Part shown: positions 40,602-53,936 of the stretch, piece after piece | Position numbering within the stretch: position 1 is the first letter of the stretch | How the letters are laid out: the number at the start of each line of letters is the position of its first letter | NCBI GenBank assembly: GCA_965112735.1 | Contig: OZ218953.1 | Location: 3,162,001-3,226,000 of the forward strand | DNA length: 64,000 bases | Source of the DNA: Phaeosaccion multiseriatum | Taxonomy: Eukaryota > Protista > Ochrophyta, other classes | Direction: 5' to 3' | Program-made: the position numbers and the translations under genes | Notes under the pieces: model-generated | What the model saw: only the letters and a program-made list of their open reading frames with translations | Databases searched by the model: none | What the model was told of the DNA's origin: nothing

Positions 40602-43600
40602 CAGAGGAAGGGGGGAAACACAGCAATAGCATGAATAGAGAATGCAAAACGACAATTGGTGGGTGAGGGGCCAAGAGATGGGAATCGCGACAGACCTCGA
40701 ACAAGACCGCAAGCACAAGAATCTCGAGAATAACTCGGAAAGACCCCATATACGTGTCTAGGTACATACTTCTTCACTCACTCAATTACTCAATCACTCA
40801 CTCACTCACTCACTCACTCACCCATCTGTAGCGGCGCAGAGCAAAATGCCACGTTTCCCACGGATATGCCAGTCAGTCCATCCGGGTCCGCTCCCCCCCG
40901 CCCTCCCCCTCTCCCGCCTCCCCTCCCTCTCCTCCCTCCCCTCCTGCCTCCTCCTCCTCCTCCTCCTCCTCCTCCCCGCCCACCCCCCTGGCCCCCTGCA
41001 CTCAAGTTGTTGACGTTGAGGATCCTCGCGGGGGTCACCCCTGGCGACAATTGGCACGTATGCGTATGTAGAACAAGTGTGCATGAGTTGGATTTGAGAC
41101 GTGATCCATCGGTCGGGGCATGTCCCGATACATACACACATAACTACTGGCCACAGATAGAGCGCAGGAGTTAAGTAGTGGAGGAGCAGAAGCTGGTGGC
41201 GAAGAGAAGAGAAAGTCGTAGAGGTGGGTGGAAGGGCCGACCACGAGGGACGTCGGAAGACAGAGACCATGTCAAATCAAATCCCATCAATAGCAAGCAG
41301 GGCTCAGGAGAGGTGGTGTGGGTGTGGGCATGTGTGGGTAGATCTTATGGGACAGAGGCAGTGTGCTCTCTCTCTCTCTCGCTCATGTACTGGCATCAAC
41401 GCGAAGCACCAACCTGCTGCCACGACACGTTGCACCGTCACGGCGTGCTGAGCGAGTAAGTTGCAGCAAGAAAGGGAGCAAAGGGGGAGGGAAAGCAAGA
41501 GGCGGGTACAGCGGTGGGGTGGGGGGGGCGGGCTTAGCGGCGAGAGAGAAAGAAAGAAAAGAAAAGCCACGAGCCTGCCTTCGCTGACTTCAGAGGACGC
41601 GTGCGGGGCCTCTCCCTGCCTCCTCGCTCGCCAGACAGCCCCCGCGCGTCGACCCCTTCACTTGGCAGCAGGTCTTACTCCCTTCCCCTCCCCTCCCTCC
41701 CTCCCTCCCTCCCTCTCTCTCTCTCTCTCTCAAGCTTCCCCCTCCTCACCTTGTCCTTGTTTCCTGCAAAGGAGAGTGCGGAAACACCGCAGCCCAGCGC
41801 GTGGCAGAGACTGTCCACCACTTGGTTGTGCTCCCTACCGTGCTTACGCAGCAAGAAAGAAACAAACTTGGCACACTCTGGCTGCTGCTGCTGCTGCTGC
41901 TCCTGCCCCGCCTCCTCACCTCTGGCGCGCTTCGCTGTGTCGGCCTCTCGCCACTCCCTGGCCTTACGCTTCTTGCCGCGCTTGTGTAGGGAGCTCTGAC
42001 ACCACCGCACGCGCACCTCGTCACCATCGGGGCTGGATTTCGTCTCGAGCACTCGGCTAGCGGCTTTCATGAGCGATCGCAACGCAACACAACACAATAC
42101 ACACACGCACGCACGCACACAACACAACACACAACACACACACATACACACACATACACACATACACACATACGCACACACACACAACACACACGCACAC
42201 ACAAGAAACACACAAGACATACACACGCACACACAACACGCACACACGCACACACACACGCACACACAACACATACATACACACATACACACACAAACAA
42301 CAGGCCACAACACAAAACGCGAGAAGGGGAGCGTGCAAGTAGGAGTCAATCATGCGGCGTTTAAGAAGCGCACTGCTGAGTGCTTGCCCATATGCCTGTC
42401 CGCAAGTCCTGAGCGGCGCGCACGAACCCATCCAAACATCTCTCTCATCCCCTCCTCCTCCCATCCACACAACGGACGGAATCGAACTCACCAGAGATGG
42501 CCGTATGTACCTCCCTCCGCTCTTCCCTGCTCAAATCTGCCCTCAGTACGACGCCCCTGCCTCCTCCTCCTCCTCCTCCTCCTCCACCCACATCCGGCCC
42601 TCGGTGAATGTACCTGAGAACGAGAGAGCGGGGAGTAGGCGTTGAGTGGGTTTGCTTAGGGGGGGAGAAGTGGTGAGACACCCAATCCGAGCCATCAAGG
42701 CCACGCCAGGATGAAACAGGCGCGCGTGGCGTGTTTGTTAGTCAAAGGCGGGCAGGAGCGGATGGTGGCTGCCGAGGCCTCCAAAAAAACGAGGAGGCCT
42801 CTGAAAAGCCGAGGAGGAGCTTGCTCTGTCACTCACGCACTCACCCACTCCACCCCCACGGGTGAGGAAGTCTGAGCGGGGAATCGGAAACCGGAGAGAG
42901 AGAAAGACAGACAGAGAGAGAGAGAGATCTCAAACATTCTCGTCACTCACTCACCCACTCACTCACTCACTCACTCTACTCACTCCCCCTCTCACTCACT
43001 CACTCACTCACTCACTCACTCACGTAATGAGCTCGGCAACGTTGTCTCTGCTGAAGTGCCGCAGCAACGAAGCCAAGCTGGGGTGGGGGCAGGGGCAGGG
43101 GCAGGGGTACGGGCGTGAGGACAGGGAGCAGCAGAGGCATGGGGGGGGGGGGGTGTGAGCTGAAACTCTTCTTCCGCGCTGTGGTGCTTTGAATGAACGG
43201 AACTAGGCATGTGACTCCGTCATAAATCCACAGTAAAAGAGCCACACACGTTCACGGTAAGAGGCGAGGGCTTCCGGCAAGCTGCCACCATCACAAGAGC
43301 AGAGGACTGTTCAAGGCGGAAAGGGACGCACTCCTCCGCTCTCTGCTGCCATATTCCCTTCTATCCTCCTGCCCTCTGGTGCCCTCTGCCCCTGCTGTGC
43401 GACTGCGCTGCCCACCTTCTGTCCGGCGACACCTCAATGATCCACTGCTGCTGCCCTGCCTGTCGCTGCTCTGCCTGCTGCTGCGCTGCTGTCGCTCCAG
43501 AGGCGTCCCCGGGGGGTGCGCTTGCTCCTGGCGGGGGGGGGCGGTACGGTGCGCATGGGCACGTGACGGGTGCGGTAATTCGACAGCAGGAGAGAGCAAC

Positions 43601-45588
43601 AGCAACAGCAAGAGCAGCAGAGCCAAGTATCCCCGTGCGTTGGAAAGAAGGGGAGAGTGTCGATGAGAGAGAGAGTGCAAGGGAAAGGGGGGGAAGCAGC
43701 GCAGCGCAGGGAGGGCGGTGCAAGAGGGGGGAAAGGTAGGCAGTGCACTGGCCTGTGTACAGAGAGACAGAGACGGGCAGACGGGCAGACAGACAGACAG
43801 ACAGACAGACAAGACAGATAGAGAGGGACAGGGCAGACAGAGCGAGAGAGAGACAGACAGCCAGACAGACCGCCAAGAGGCGCGCGTTATACGTCCCCTG
43901 CCTGCCCCTACACCGGTGCTTGTGTTTTGCCTGGTGCCAGATTCTTTCGCGTTGGCGTACGACAAAGTACCTCTTGTGCACTTGACCCCTCCCGGCCTCA
44001 GCGAGTTGGTTGCGCAAAAGGGAAAGGCGGACTTGACTGCGTAGTGCAGCTGTGACCGCTTCTCCTTGTCGTGGCCGCAGGGGATGCGCACCTGAGCAGG
44101 TGACGAGGCCCAGACCACACCATGTTGTGGAAAGCCAGGAGCAAGAGAAGGAGCGAGTCCCAGGAGGAGGAGGAGGAGGAGGAGGAGGAGGAGGAGGAGG
44201 AGGAGGAGGAGGAGGAGGAGGAGGAGGAGGAGGAGGAGGAGGAGGAGGAGGAGGAGGAGGAAGAGGAGGAGGAGGAGGAGGAGGAGGAGGAGGAGGAGGA
44301 GGATAGAGGTAAGGATTGAAATGAGGTAGAGCCGTTTGGATAAGAATATATGGGTGGGGTGTGAGGCGTGCGGGGAGGGAAGGGATATATCCGACCCCTT
44401 TGGGGGAAATGCAGCCCAGACAGGGGCAAGAGGCAACCGACTTCAGCAAGCCTAGGCGAGCAGTACTTGGAGGAAGCTGCAGCATGGATGACATTACCTT
44501 GAGCTGCCGGTCGCTCTCTGACTCTGACAGGTGCCTTTCTGCTGCCTCCCCGGTGGAGACCTTGCCGCCTTCGTCTGCCCCTGTCTTGGGCACAGGAGGC
44601 ACAGTGTGTGGGGCGCCGTGAGACGCCTCCTCGGGAGAGGTCTCCTCGGCAGACGGAGGGGGGGTGGAGCCCGCTTCATCAATCGCTTGAAGCTGCAGCG
44701 TCACATCTGCGCCGACCATGCGCTCGACCTCGGCCCGCCACCCATCCGCGGGATCGCCCCTCCCTCGGCCGACCGCTGGAGGAGATCCTCCTCCTGATTC
44801 TCCAGCTTCTCCTGTTGCTGCTGATCCTCCTCCTGCCGCTCCTGCTACTGCTGTACTTGAAGGCGGCGCTTTGTCCGGCAGCTGAGGAGAACAGTCTGCG
44901 AGAGTTTCCGCCTCTACTGTAGATGTAGGGGCATCAGTCTCGCTGGGCCTGCTGGAGGCACTTTCCATGGCATCTGCTTCATTTCGCACCCCCTCTGCGG
45001 CTGATGCGGCGCATACTGATACGCTGTCGCCGCCGCTTGCTGTCTCGTTCTGTGCTGGGTCGGAAGGAAGCTCGAGGTTATCAATGACAACGATATTGCC
45101 GGCTGGATCAATCTCGTTCACCTATACAAACAAACGAAACAGGGTGTGTCAAAGGCGATAAGAGACGGGAAAGAAGAGGGGGAAGAAGAAGCAAACTCCG
45201 ACCAGAAGAAGACGCAGGTGTCCAAGAGAAGCCTACCCACCTGAAAGTCGGTCGCACAGCGCTTGGCACGAGCCGTAAAAGGCTTTAAGGTGGGAGAGCC
45301 GAGGAAGAGGCCAGAGGTGACGCCGATGACGGCAAGAGACAAGGCACCTTCCTCTCCCTCCTCTTCCCTCCTTTCTGACCCCCGTACTACTGCCTGTAAC
45401 GCCACTGTTTCATCCTTTGGAGCCTGCTGTTGCTCTGCTGCCTTGGCATCCTCAGCTACTTCACCCAAGGCTTGGGCACGTGACCCGGATACAGCTTCTA
45501 AAGATACTGCAGCTGTTGCTATTTGCTCCATATGTGGTCCTTGCTCTTCTTGTGCAGCTGACGCGACGACTTCCAGATCTACGGCCAT
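37340..45588 (-). CDS. PUS7: tRNA/multisubstrate pseudouridine synthase, TruD/PUS7 family (multi-exon)
   Basis: TDFQV|[24 protein letters not shown], catalytic FAGNKDK|[79 protein letters not shown]. Confidence 0.92.
37726..38077. repeat. (GGAT)n microsatellite, ~85 units, in the last PUS7 intron
   Basis: Directly visible. Confidence 0.95.
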
Positions 45589-45838
45589 CGCAGTCCTTCC
45601 GTCCTTCCGGGGAGCACGGGAGGGGTCCTATATATTGACTTAAGAGGAATCACGTGAGGAGCGAGGCAGGGGGATAGGGCAGGGGTCGAGTCCAGCAAGC
45701 GCGAGGCGCGATTGATGTGATGACAAATGGCGACTCTCTGGCCACCAACTCATCTACTTTCCGATCTTCCTTCCCCCCTTTCTCCTTTTTAAATACCTGT
45801 GGCTTCCTGCGCAGAGAAAGGGGCAAGTGACGGGGGCA

Positions 45839-47944
45839 ATGGAGCCATGCCCCCCTTGGACGCAGGGAAGTACCAGTAACGCCGTGGTGGGCTTTATTTC
45901 CGGAGCATCAGGAGCAGCAGCAGCAGGAGGAGGAGGAGGAGGAGGAGGAGGAGGAGGAGGATGGGTACATATGCACCCTCCTGTGGCAGAACAGGACTCC
46001 TTCCGCGCAGCGGTGCATGGAGAGCGGCGAGTGGACACTCCCTCGCTCCGCCTCCTGGGAACTATGGGCAGTACGGGAGGGTCGCGAAGCCTTCGAATAG
46101 AACTGACCAGAGCGATCCAGAGACATGCGAAAATGCGCGACTGGAGAGGGATTGCGAGAGTGATTGGGGAGGCGAAAGCAGCAGGGACTGAGATGGACCT
46201 AATTTCGTACAACGCTGCCATTTCTGGAGTGGGGAAAAGTGGGCGCTGGAAGGGTGCGCTTGCCCTACTCGATGAGATGAAGGCGAGCGCTCTCCAACCC
46301 GATGTCATCACGTACAGCTCTGCGATTTCTGCTTGTGGGACGGCAGGAGAGTACGAGAAGGCGCTTGGCTTGCTGGAGGAGATGCGGAGGGAAGGGCTTC
46401 AACCGAATGTAATTACGTACAGCTCTGCAATTACTGCTTGTGGCAATGCGAAAGAGCACGAGAAGGCACTTGCCCTGCTCAAGGAGATGCGAAGGGAAGG
46501 GTTTCAACCCAATGAAATCTCGTACAGCTCTGCGATTACTGCTTGTGGCAACGCAGGGGAGTATGAGAAGGCGCTTGACTTGTTGGAGGAGATGGGCAGG
46601 GAAGGGCTTGAGCCCAATGTCATCACGTACAACTCTGCGATTTCTGCTTGTGCCAAGGCAGGAGAGCACGAGAAAGCGCTTGATTTGCTCAAGGAGATGC
46701 GCAGGAGAGGACTTGTACCGGATGCAGAAACATACAACTCTGCGATTACTGCTTGTGGGAATGCAGGAGAGTATGAGAAGGCCCTTGACTTGCTAAAGAA
46801 GGAGATGCACAGGGAAGGGCTTCGACCCACGGCAGTCTCGTACAACTCTGCGATTGCTGCGTGTGGCAATGCAGGAGAGTACGAGAAGGCGCTTGACTTG
46901 CTCGAGGAGATGCGCAGGGAAGGGCTTAAAGCCACAGGGCTTCAACCCAACGAAATCTCGTACAACTCTGCCATTACTGCCTGTGGGAAGGCAGGAAAGT
47001 ACGAGAAGGCGCTTTACTTGCTGAAGGAGATGTGGATGGAAGGGCTTCGACCCGATGTCATCTCGTACAACTCTGCTATTTCCGCTTGTGCTGAGGTAGG
47101 AGAGTACGAGAAGGCGCTTGACTTGCTCAAGGAGATGCGGAGGGAAGGGCTCTCACCCAATGAAATTTCGTATGGCGCGGCGATAACGGCTTGTGGCAAT
47201 GCAGGAGAGCTCGAGAAGGCGATTGATTTGCTGGAGAAGATGCGGAGGGACGGGCCTCCACCCAATGACGTCTCGTACAGCTCTGCGATTACTGCTTGTG
47301 CCAATGTAGGAGAGCACGAGAAGGCTCTTGACTTGCTGAAGGAGATGCGGAGAGTAGGGATGCCACCCAATGTCGTCTCGTACGTCTCTGCGATTACTGC
47401 TTGCGGCAAGGCAGGCCAGCATGAGAAGGCGCTTGCCTTGCTAAAGGAGATGCGGAGGCAAGGACTTCCACCTGATGTCATCGCGTACAACTCTGCGATT
47501 TTTGCTTGTGCCAAGGCAGGGCAGCGTGCGAAGGCGTTTATTTTGGTGAAAGAGATGCGCGCAGAAGGCCTCGAACCCGATGACGCGACCTACAGATCCA
47601 TTATCGATCTCCTGTCCGTGCACGAGCAATGGAGCTTGGCCGACGGCGTGTACGCAGAGGCGCTCGCACGGAGTGCAATGTCGCATTGGAAGAAGGGTGA
47701 CGAAGGCAAGGTGATGGACTTGCACGAGCACTCGGAGTGGACCGCCAAGGCCGCCCTTCGCTACGCTCTCCACGTGGAGAAGGCGAAGGGCCGGATCACT
47801 GTCATCACCGGGCGAGGCCGTGGTAGCGTGGGCGGTATCAGCGTGCTCAAGCCTGCGGTGCTGGCGTACCTCAACGAAGAGCTCGGACTCCCCGCCACGG
47901 AGCAGGACAGCAACGAGGGCGCTGTGGATTTCAAGGTGGACTAG
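45839..47944 (+). CDS. Intronless P-class PPR protein (13 clear repeats plus 1 degenerate) with a C-terminal Smr domain
   Basis: 35-aa repeats VITYxSAIxACGxAGExEKALxLLxEMRREGLxP[DN]. Smr motifs MDLHEHS..AKAALR and ITVITGRGRGS...NEGAV. Confidence 0.95.
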   Translation: MEPCPPWTQGSTSNAVVGFISGASGAAAAGGGGGGGGGGGGWVHMHPPVAEQDSFRAAVHGERRVDTPSLRLLGTMGSTGGSRSLRIELTRAIQRHAKMRDWRGIARVIGEAKAAGTEMDLISYNAAISGVGKSGRWKGALALLDEMKASALQPDVITYSSAISACGTAGEYEKALGLLEEMRREGLQPNVITYSSAITACGNAKEHEKALALLKEMRREGFQPNEISYSSAITACGNAGEYEKALDLLEEMGREGLEPNVITYNSAISACAKAGEHEKALDLLKEMRRRGLVPDAETYNSAITACGNAGEYEKALDLLKKEMHREGLRPTAVSYNSAIAACGNAGEYEKALDLLEEMRREGLKATGLQPNEISYNSAITACGKAGKYEKALYLLKEMWMEGLRPDVISYNSAISACAEVGEYEKALDLLKEMRREGLSPNEISYGAAITACGNAGELEKAIDLLEKMRRDGPPPNDVSYSSAITACANVGEHEKALDLLKEMRRVGMPPNVVSYVSAITACGKAGQHEKALALLKEMRRQGLPPDVIAYNSAIFACAKAGQRAKAFILVKEMRAEGLEPDDATYRSIIDLLSVHEQWSLADGVYAEALARSAMSHWKKGDEGKVMDLHEHSEWTAKAALRYALHVEKAKGRITVITGRGRGSVGGISVLKPAVLAYLNEELGLPATEQDSNEGAVDFKVD

Positions 47945-48342
47945 CAGAAATCCTCTTCCTCTAAACGGAAAAATGTCCATACAACCTTTATCAGTTTCGG
48001 GTTCAATTGAACGGCGACATCCACCCGCCCCCCCTTGAGATTCTTTAGCCACTACTGGCGCCGCACTTGCCTCCCTGTCTTGGCCCTGCCTCTTAAGAAC
48101 ACATTGCCACCTTTAGAAGTCGGAAGTAAGTTCATTATTTGATATTACGCGACCCTCAACTGTCACCCCTCCTTTTCCCCTCCCTCCTGGGGCGCTTCAG
48201 CGCTCTGCCCGCTCGAGACTTGGCACCCGAGACTAGTGCCACGTCGCTGTCCTCCTCTTGCCCTCTATCTCCTTCGTCTGATTGTTTGGCCTCTCCTTCG
48301 TCCACCGGCACGCCTGTTCCCTCCTCCTCCTACAATTTGGTG

Positions 48343-48921
48343 CTATTTGGGCCTCATAAGCCAATAGCTCATCTTCAACAGTAAGTCAACAGCCTTGTCC
48401 AACTCGTCGCTGCGGTAGGCAAGCAACGCCTCGTATACGGGTATGCCAATGTGTCGCATGACCCAAGCGTCGTCAGAGGCCAGCGGAGGGGTGCTGTAGG
48501 CCCGGTCTGGAGGGAAGGAGCTGATGGGTACGCCTGGATACGGGTGAGGAGGAGAGCCGCCGCCCTGTTGTCGTCCACTGCCACCTTTCCTCTCCTCTTC
48601 CTCCTCTGCCTTCTTCAATGCCTGCTCAGCCCTGGCTCTGAGCTCGGCTCTATTCTCCGCCTCCTGTCCGCTCCCGCTCCTCCACCGCCTTGTCGCCTTC
48701 CCTCCACCTCCCCCTGCTCCTGCCGCCGCCCCCTGCTGTTGCTCTTGTCCTTCTTCCAACAGCACGTAAAGGCTATGCCGAGTGGCACCCATCATGTTGA
48801 GAAAGGGTCCCTGGCGTGCCTCCTCCCCCCCTTGCCCTCCCCCCCCCCCCATCCCCCTCCTCCGCATGTCGCCCGTACCCTCCCCTCCCCCTCCTGCCTC
48901 TCTTCCCCCATAAGACTCCAC
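48343..48921 (-). pseudogene. Possible fragment of a TTC38-like TPR protein (copy A)
   Basis: VMRHIGIPVYEALLAYRSDELDKAVDLLL resembles the recalled TTC38 C-terminal helices. There is no credible 5' region, and stops follow immediately. Confidence 0.3.
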
Positions 48922-49054
48922 GCTACCGCTGCTCCTGTCGCTGCCTCACACGGAGATGTGCATCCTCCCTAGCAGCTGCTCCGCCTTACCCCTCCACTCA
49001 TCCGCCATCGCCCCCTCCTGCCGACAGGTCGACGTGGGTAGAGCTGTGGCACAA

Positions 49055-49251
49055 CTATGGGTCTATCCTTTGTGCTTTGGAAGGCCTTCCTCCTTGCGAC
49101 GTTTCATTCTCCCTTGACTGACGCCACCCCATGCAGACGAGCCACTTGCGTCGCTCCCATGCTGCAAGAGCGAGAGGCCAGCAGAAAAAAGGAGGGGGGG
49201 CGGCGAGGGTGCGAGCAAAGGGGACGATAAGGTCTTTCTCAGGCAGGCAAG

Positions 49252-49287
<36 letters not shown>

Positions 49288-50720
49288 CAAGTAAGCAGGC
49301 AAGCAGGCAGGCAGGCAAGCAGGCAGGCAGATAGACAGGTAATACCTGCGTCTCTGATCTCTTCTCGGATGCACTCTGCCATCTCAGGACTCGAAGCCAG
49401 TTCCAGGGCCGTTTTACCGGCGTGGTTCCAACCCTGCAGTGCATGGCTCCGAACCTGATGGTAACACCCAGCGCGTAAAAGACACCTCGCAACCATAAGG
49501 TGCCCACTTTGAGACGCTGCCATCAATGGAGTCATCCCACGCCAGTGTGCTTGATCTTTGTTCACGCCCACGGAAAGCAGCAGCTGCACCACCGCCGTAT
49601 GCCCTTGTATACACGCCACCATGAAGGCAGTCAAACCATTTGCGTCCACATGGTCCTTGTTCACCCGAGCGTCGAGGAGCAGCTGCACCACCGCCGTATG
49701 CCCTTCGGAACACGCTATGGTGAGGGAAGTCTGACCACTTGCGTCCACATGGTCCTTGTTCACCCGAGCGTCGAGGAGCAGCTGCACCACCGCCGTATGC
49801 CCTTGGGAACACGCTATGGTGAGGGCAGTCTGACCACCTGCGCCCACATGGTCCTTGTTCATCCGAGCGTCGAGGAGCAGCTGCACCACCGCCGTATGCC
49901 CTTGGTGACACGCCGCTATTAAGGCAGTCAAACCATTTGCGTTCACATGGTCCTTGTTCACCCGAGCGTCGAGGAGCAGCTGGACCACCGCCGTATGCCC
50001 TTGGTAACACGCCGCTGTGAGGGCAGTTGCACCATCTGCGTTCACACGGTCCTTGTTCACCCCAGCGTCGAGGAGCAGCTGCACCACCGCCGTATGCCCT
50101 TGCATACACGCTATGGTGAGGGCAGTCACACCACCTGCGCCCACATGGTCCTTGTTCACGCCAGCGTCGAGGAGCAGCTGCACCACCGCCGTATGCCCTT
50201 GGGAACACGCTGTGGTGAGGGCAGTGGAACCATTTGCGTCAACATGGTCCTTGTTCACGCCAGCGTCGAGGAGCAGCTGCACCACCGCCGTATGCCCTTG
50301 GGAACACGCTATGGTGAGGGCAGTCTGACCACTTGCGTCCACATGGTCCTTGTTCACGCCAGCGTCGAGGAGCAGCTGCACCACCGCCGTATGCCCTTGG
50401 TGACACGCCGCCATGAGGGCAGTAAAACCACCTGCGCCCACATGGTCCTTGTTCACGCCAGCGTCGAGGAGCAGCTGCACCACCGCCGTATGATTTATGA
50501 TACACGCACACAAGAGTGCCGTCCTCCCTATATTGTCCCTGTAGTCCTTGTCCACACCAGCCAACAGCAGCTGCTGCACCGCCACTTCATTACCTGTCAG
50601 ACACGCCTTCATCAGCGAACTTCTTCCATCCCCATCCACATGATCCTTGTTGGCCAACAGCCATACCGTCTCCCGCTTCTTCCCTTCCTCCTCCTGTGCC
50701 CGCATTAACCGTGTGCGCAT
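49055..50720 (-). CDS. Ankyrin-repeat protein A (12 full repeats; exons 50720-49346, 49161-49055)
   Basis: 33-aa repeats G.TAL..AC..GHTAVVQLLLDA.VNKDHV. A phase-1 (CCTG)n intron joins to AWERRKWLVC...IDP*. Confidence 0.92.
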
Positions 50721-50964
50721 GCTTGCCTTTTGCTTTGCTTACTCTTAACTGATCGTCTACTCAGGGTATTAGTACTCCTGGGGACCACCGAGGATATTAG
50801 AACCCCTTGGGACCACCACCAGTGGGAAAAAAGAACCGAACTGCCACTCAAACCTTCACCAACTCGGACATTACTTTTAGACAAATAGATGGCACTTAAA
50901 GGGTGTTACAATTTCTCGATCTCCCCCATTTCTCCCCTTTGAATTATATCCCCGGAGAGAGCCC

Positions 50965-52216
50965 ATGATTGGCGTCAGAGATAATAGAGCTGCAACGATT
51001 CTGCTACTGCTGTCTGCCTCTGCTGCCTACGCCTTCAACGCATCTCAGCTCGCAAAGCTGCAGCAGCATCAACCAAGGATCAACAAGGTGATGAAGGGAG
51101 GAGGGAAAATCCTGCCTCCGCCCTCTTTGCTCCATGCCCAGGAGTTGGGAAGTAGAAGGAGAAGCACCAGCAGCAGCAGTAGCCCTACTACCACCGGCAC
51201 TGCTCTCACGGATTCGACAACGACTGTAGCACGGAGAGAGAATGCTGGTATACCTCGCCGTCTGCCCTCCCTGATGGAGACAGCGCAGCAAGAATTGCTC
51301 AGACAACAGCAGGAAGGAGGAAGGGAAAGGAGGAAGGAGAACGGCAAGCGCCGTCGGGAGAGAAACCTCAGTATCAAGCAAGACTTGGAGTCGAAGGACC
51401 TGACGCCACTCAAGGTCAGGGCTTTGGAAGGGCCGTCGTGCCTTCGAATTCACTGGCGACTTGCACCCTGTTTCCCAAAATTGCTCTCGCTCTCGGCCTT
51501 TTGACTTTTTGGGTGCCGATGTGGCCAAATACAGGTCACCACTTCTCCGGAGTTGCGAGCGCGCCTCCGACTAAAGGGTCGGGAGAAGAGGTCCAGAGTG
51601 TTTGTTTCACAAGAGGACCTACAACGGGAGGAAGGCTTGCTGGAAACCATCAGCGAGGCGATCACTGAGGCCTTTCCGCTCAAGGGTCTACCGTTTGTTC
51701 TCAGGTAAGGGCAGTGATACTTCAGAGAGTCAGGGGGATGGGGTCGCAGTCTTCCTTGTTGGAACAGAAGCTAGCCCACAACAAAGGCTGAGAAGGTTAG
51801 CTCTGGGCATTAGATTCCTCTGCTTGGTCCGCGCTGAGTACTTTCTCTCCTCCGTATCTCTTATCCTTATCGTGCAGTGTAAAGACAGATCGGGAAGGGG
51901 ACAAGGCTCGGCTCACAGACGATGCCGGAATGCGAGAGGCGCTTCACTGGGCGGTGAGTGATACCTATGATAACCAAAGTTTTCAGCCTCCGGGCTCTTG
52001 CCATTCTCCCCCCCGTGCTGTCCTTCCTGGGCCTGACTGTCCATATGCCCCCCCCCCCCCTCGCCTTTTGCCTTCATTGAAGGAGACGGAGGGCAAGGAG
52101 CTTTACATATTCCTCGACGTTCACCCCGATATCCCGGAGGAGGAAGTGCCGCCTTATTTGCAGAATCTGCCCGACGTAGAGGACCCAGATCAGTGGCAGA
52201 TGATTTCCTTCTACAG
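50965..52216 (+). pseudogene. 3'-truncated duplicate of the TrhO-methyltransferase gene (first 4 exons)
   Basis: Near-identical to 55968-57219. The following intron is broken by the duplication junction at ~52398. Confidence 0.85.
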
Positions 52217-52397
52217 GTGAGTGATTCTCTTGCCCGTCCGAGACTCGTGACTCTTCCTCTCTCTCCCTCCTGCCCCCTCTGTCCTCTCCCTCTCTCCTCC
52301 TCTCCCTCTCTCCTCTCTCTCCCTCCCTCTCTCCTCTCCCTCTCTCCTCTCTCTGTCTCCCTCTCTCCTTCTCTCCTGTCCCTCTCTCCTTCTCTCG

Positions 52398-52817
52398 AGG
52401 GCAGCGTGCGAAGGCGTTAAGTTGGTGAAGGAGATGCGCGCAGACGGCCTCGAACCCGATGACGCGACCTACAGATCCATTATCGATCTCCTGTCCGTGC
52501 ACGAGCAATGGAGCTTGGCCGACGGCGCGTACGCAGAGGCCATCGCACACAGTGTAATGTCGCATTGGAAGAAGAGCGATGAAGGCAAGGTGATGGACTT
52601 GCACGAGCACTCGGAGTGGACCGCCAAGGCCGCCCTTCGCTACGCTCTCCACGTGGAGAAGGCGAAAGGCAGGATCACTGTCATCACCGGGCGAGGCCGT
52701 GGTAGCGGTATCAGCGTGCTCAAGCCTGCGGTGCTGGCGTACCTCAACGAAGAGCTCAGACTCCCCGCTACGGAGCAGGACAGCAACGAGGGCGCTGTGG
52801 ATTTCAAGGTGGACTAG
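52398..52817 (+). pseudogene. 5'-truncated PPR-SMR fragment (last repeat plus Smr domain)
   Basis: Copy of 47518-47944 with no start, a 1-bp indel near 52417 and a 6-bp deletion after GRGRGS. Confidence 0.85.
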
Positions 52818-53224
52818 CAGAAATCCTCTTCCTCTAAACGGAAAAGTGTCCATACAACCTTTATCAGTTTCGGGTTCAATTGAACGGCGACATCCACCCG
52901 CCCCGCCTTTTTTTCTTCTTTAGCCACTACTGGCGCCCCCCCCCTGTCTTAGCCCTGCCTCTTACGAACACATTGCCACCTTTAGAAGTCGGAAGTAAGA
53001 TATAGTTAATTATTTGATAATATAACGTACGCGACCCTCAATTGTCACCCCTCCTCTTCCCCTCCCTCCTGGGGCGCTTCAGCGCTCTGCCCGCTCGAGA
53101 CTTGGCACCCGAGACTAGTGCCACGTCGCTGTCCTCCTCTTGCCCTCTATCTCCTTCGTCTGATTGTTTGGCCTCTCCTTCGTCCACCGGCACGCCTGTT
53201 CCCTCCTCCTCCTACAATTTGGTG

Positions 53225-53803
53225 CTATTTGGGCCTCATAAGCCAATAGCTCATCTTCAACAGTAAGTCAACAGCCTTGTCCAACTCGTTGCTGCGGTAG
53301 GCAAGCAACGCCTCGTATACGGGTATGCCAATGTGTCGCATGACCCAAGCGTCGTCAGAGGCCAGCGGAGGGGTGCTGTAGGCCCGGTCTGGAGGGAAGG
53401 AGCTGATGGGTACGCCTGGATACGGGTGAGGAGGAGAGCCGCCGCCCTGTTGTCGTCCACTGCCACCTTTCCTCTCCTCTTCCTCCTCTGCCTTCTTCAA
53501 TGCCTGCTCAGCCCTGGCTCTGAGCTCGGCTCTATTCTCCGCCTCCTGTCCGCTCCCGCTCCTCCACCGCCTTGTCGCCTTCCCTCCACCTCCCCCTGCT
53601 CCTGCCGCCGCCCCCTGCTGTTGCTCTTGTCCTTCTTCCAACAGCACGTAAAGGCTATGCCGAGTGGCATCCATCATGTTGAGAAAGGGTCCCTGGCGTG
53701 CCTCCTCCCCCCCTTGCCCTTCCCCCCCCCCCATCCCCCTCCTCCGCATGTGGCCCGTACCCTCCCCTCCCCCTCCTGCCTCTCCTCCCCTATAAGACTC
53801 CAC
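53225..53803 (-). pseudogene. Possible TTC38-like fragment (copy B)
   Basis: Duplicate of 48343-48921. Confidence 0.3.
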
Positions 53804-53936
53804 GCTACCGCTGCTCCTGTCGCTGCCTCACACGGAGATGTGCATCCTCCCTAGCAGCTGCTCCGCCTTACCCCTCCATTCGTCCGCCATCGCCCCCTCC
53901 TGCCGACAGGTCGACGTGGGTAGAGCTGTGGCACAA

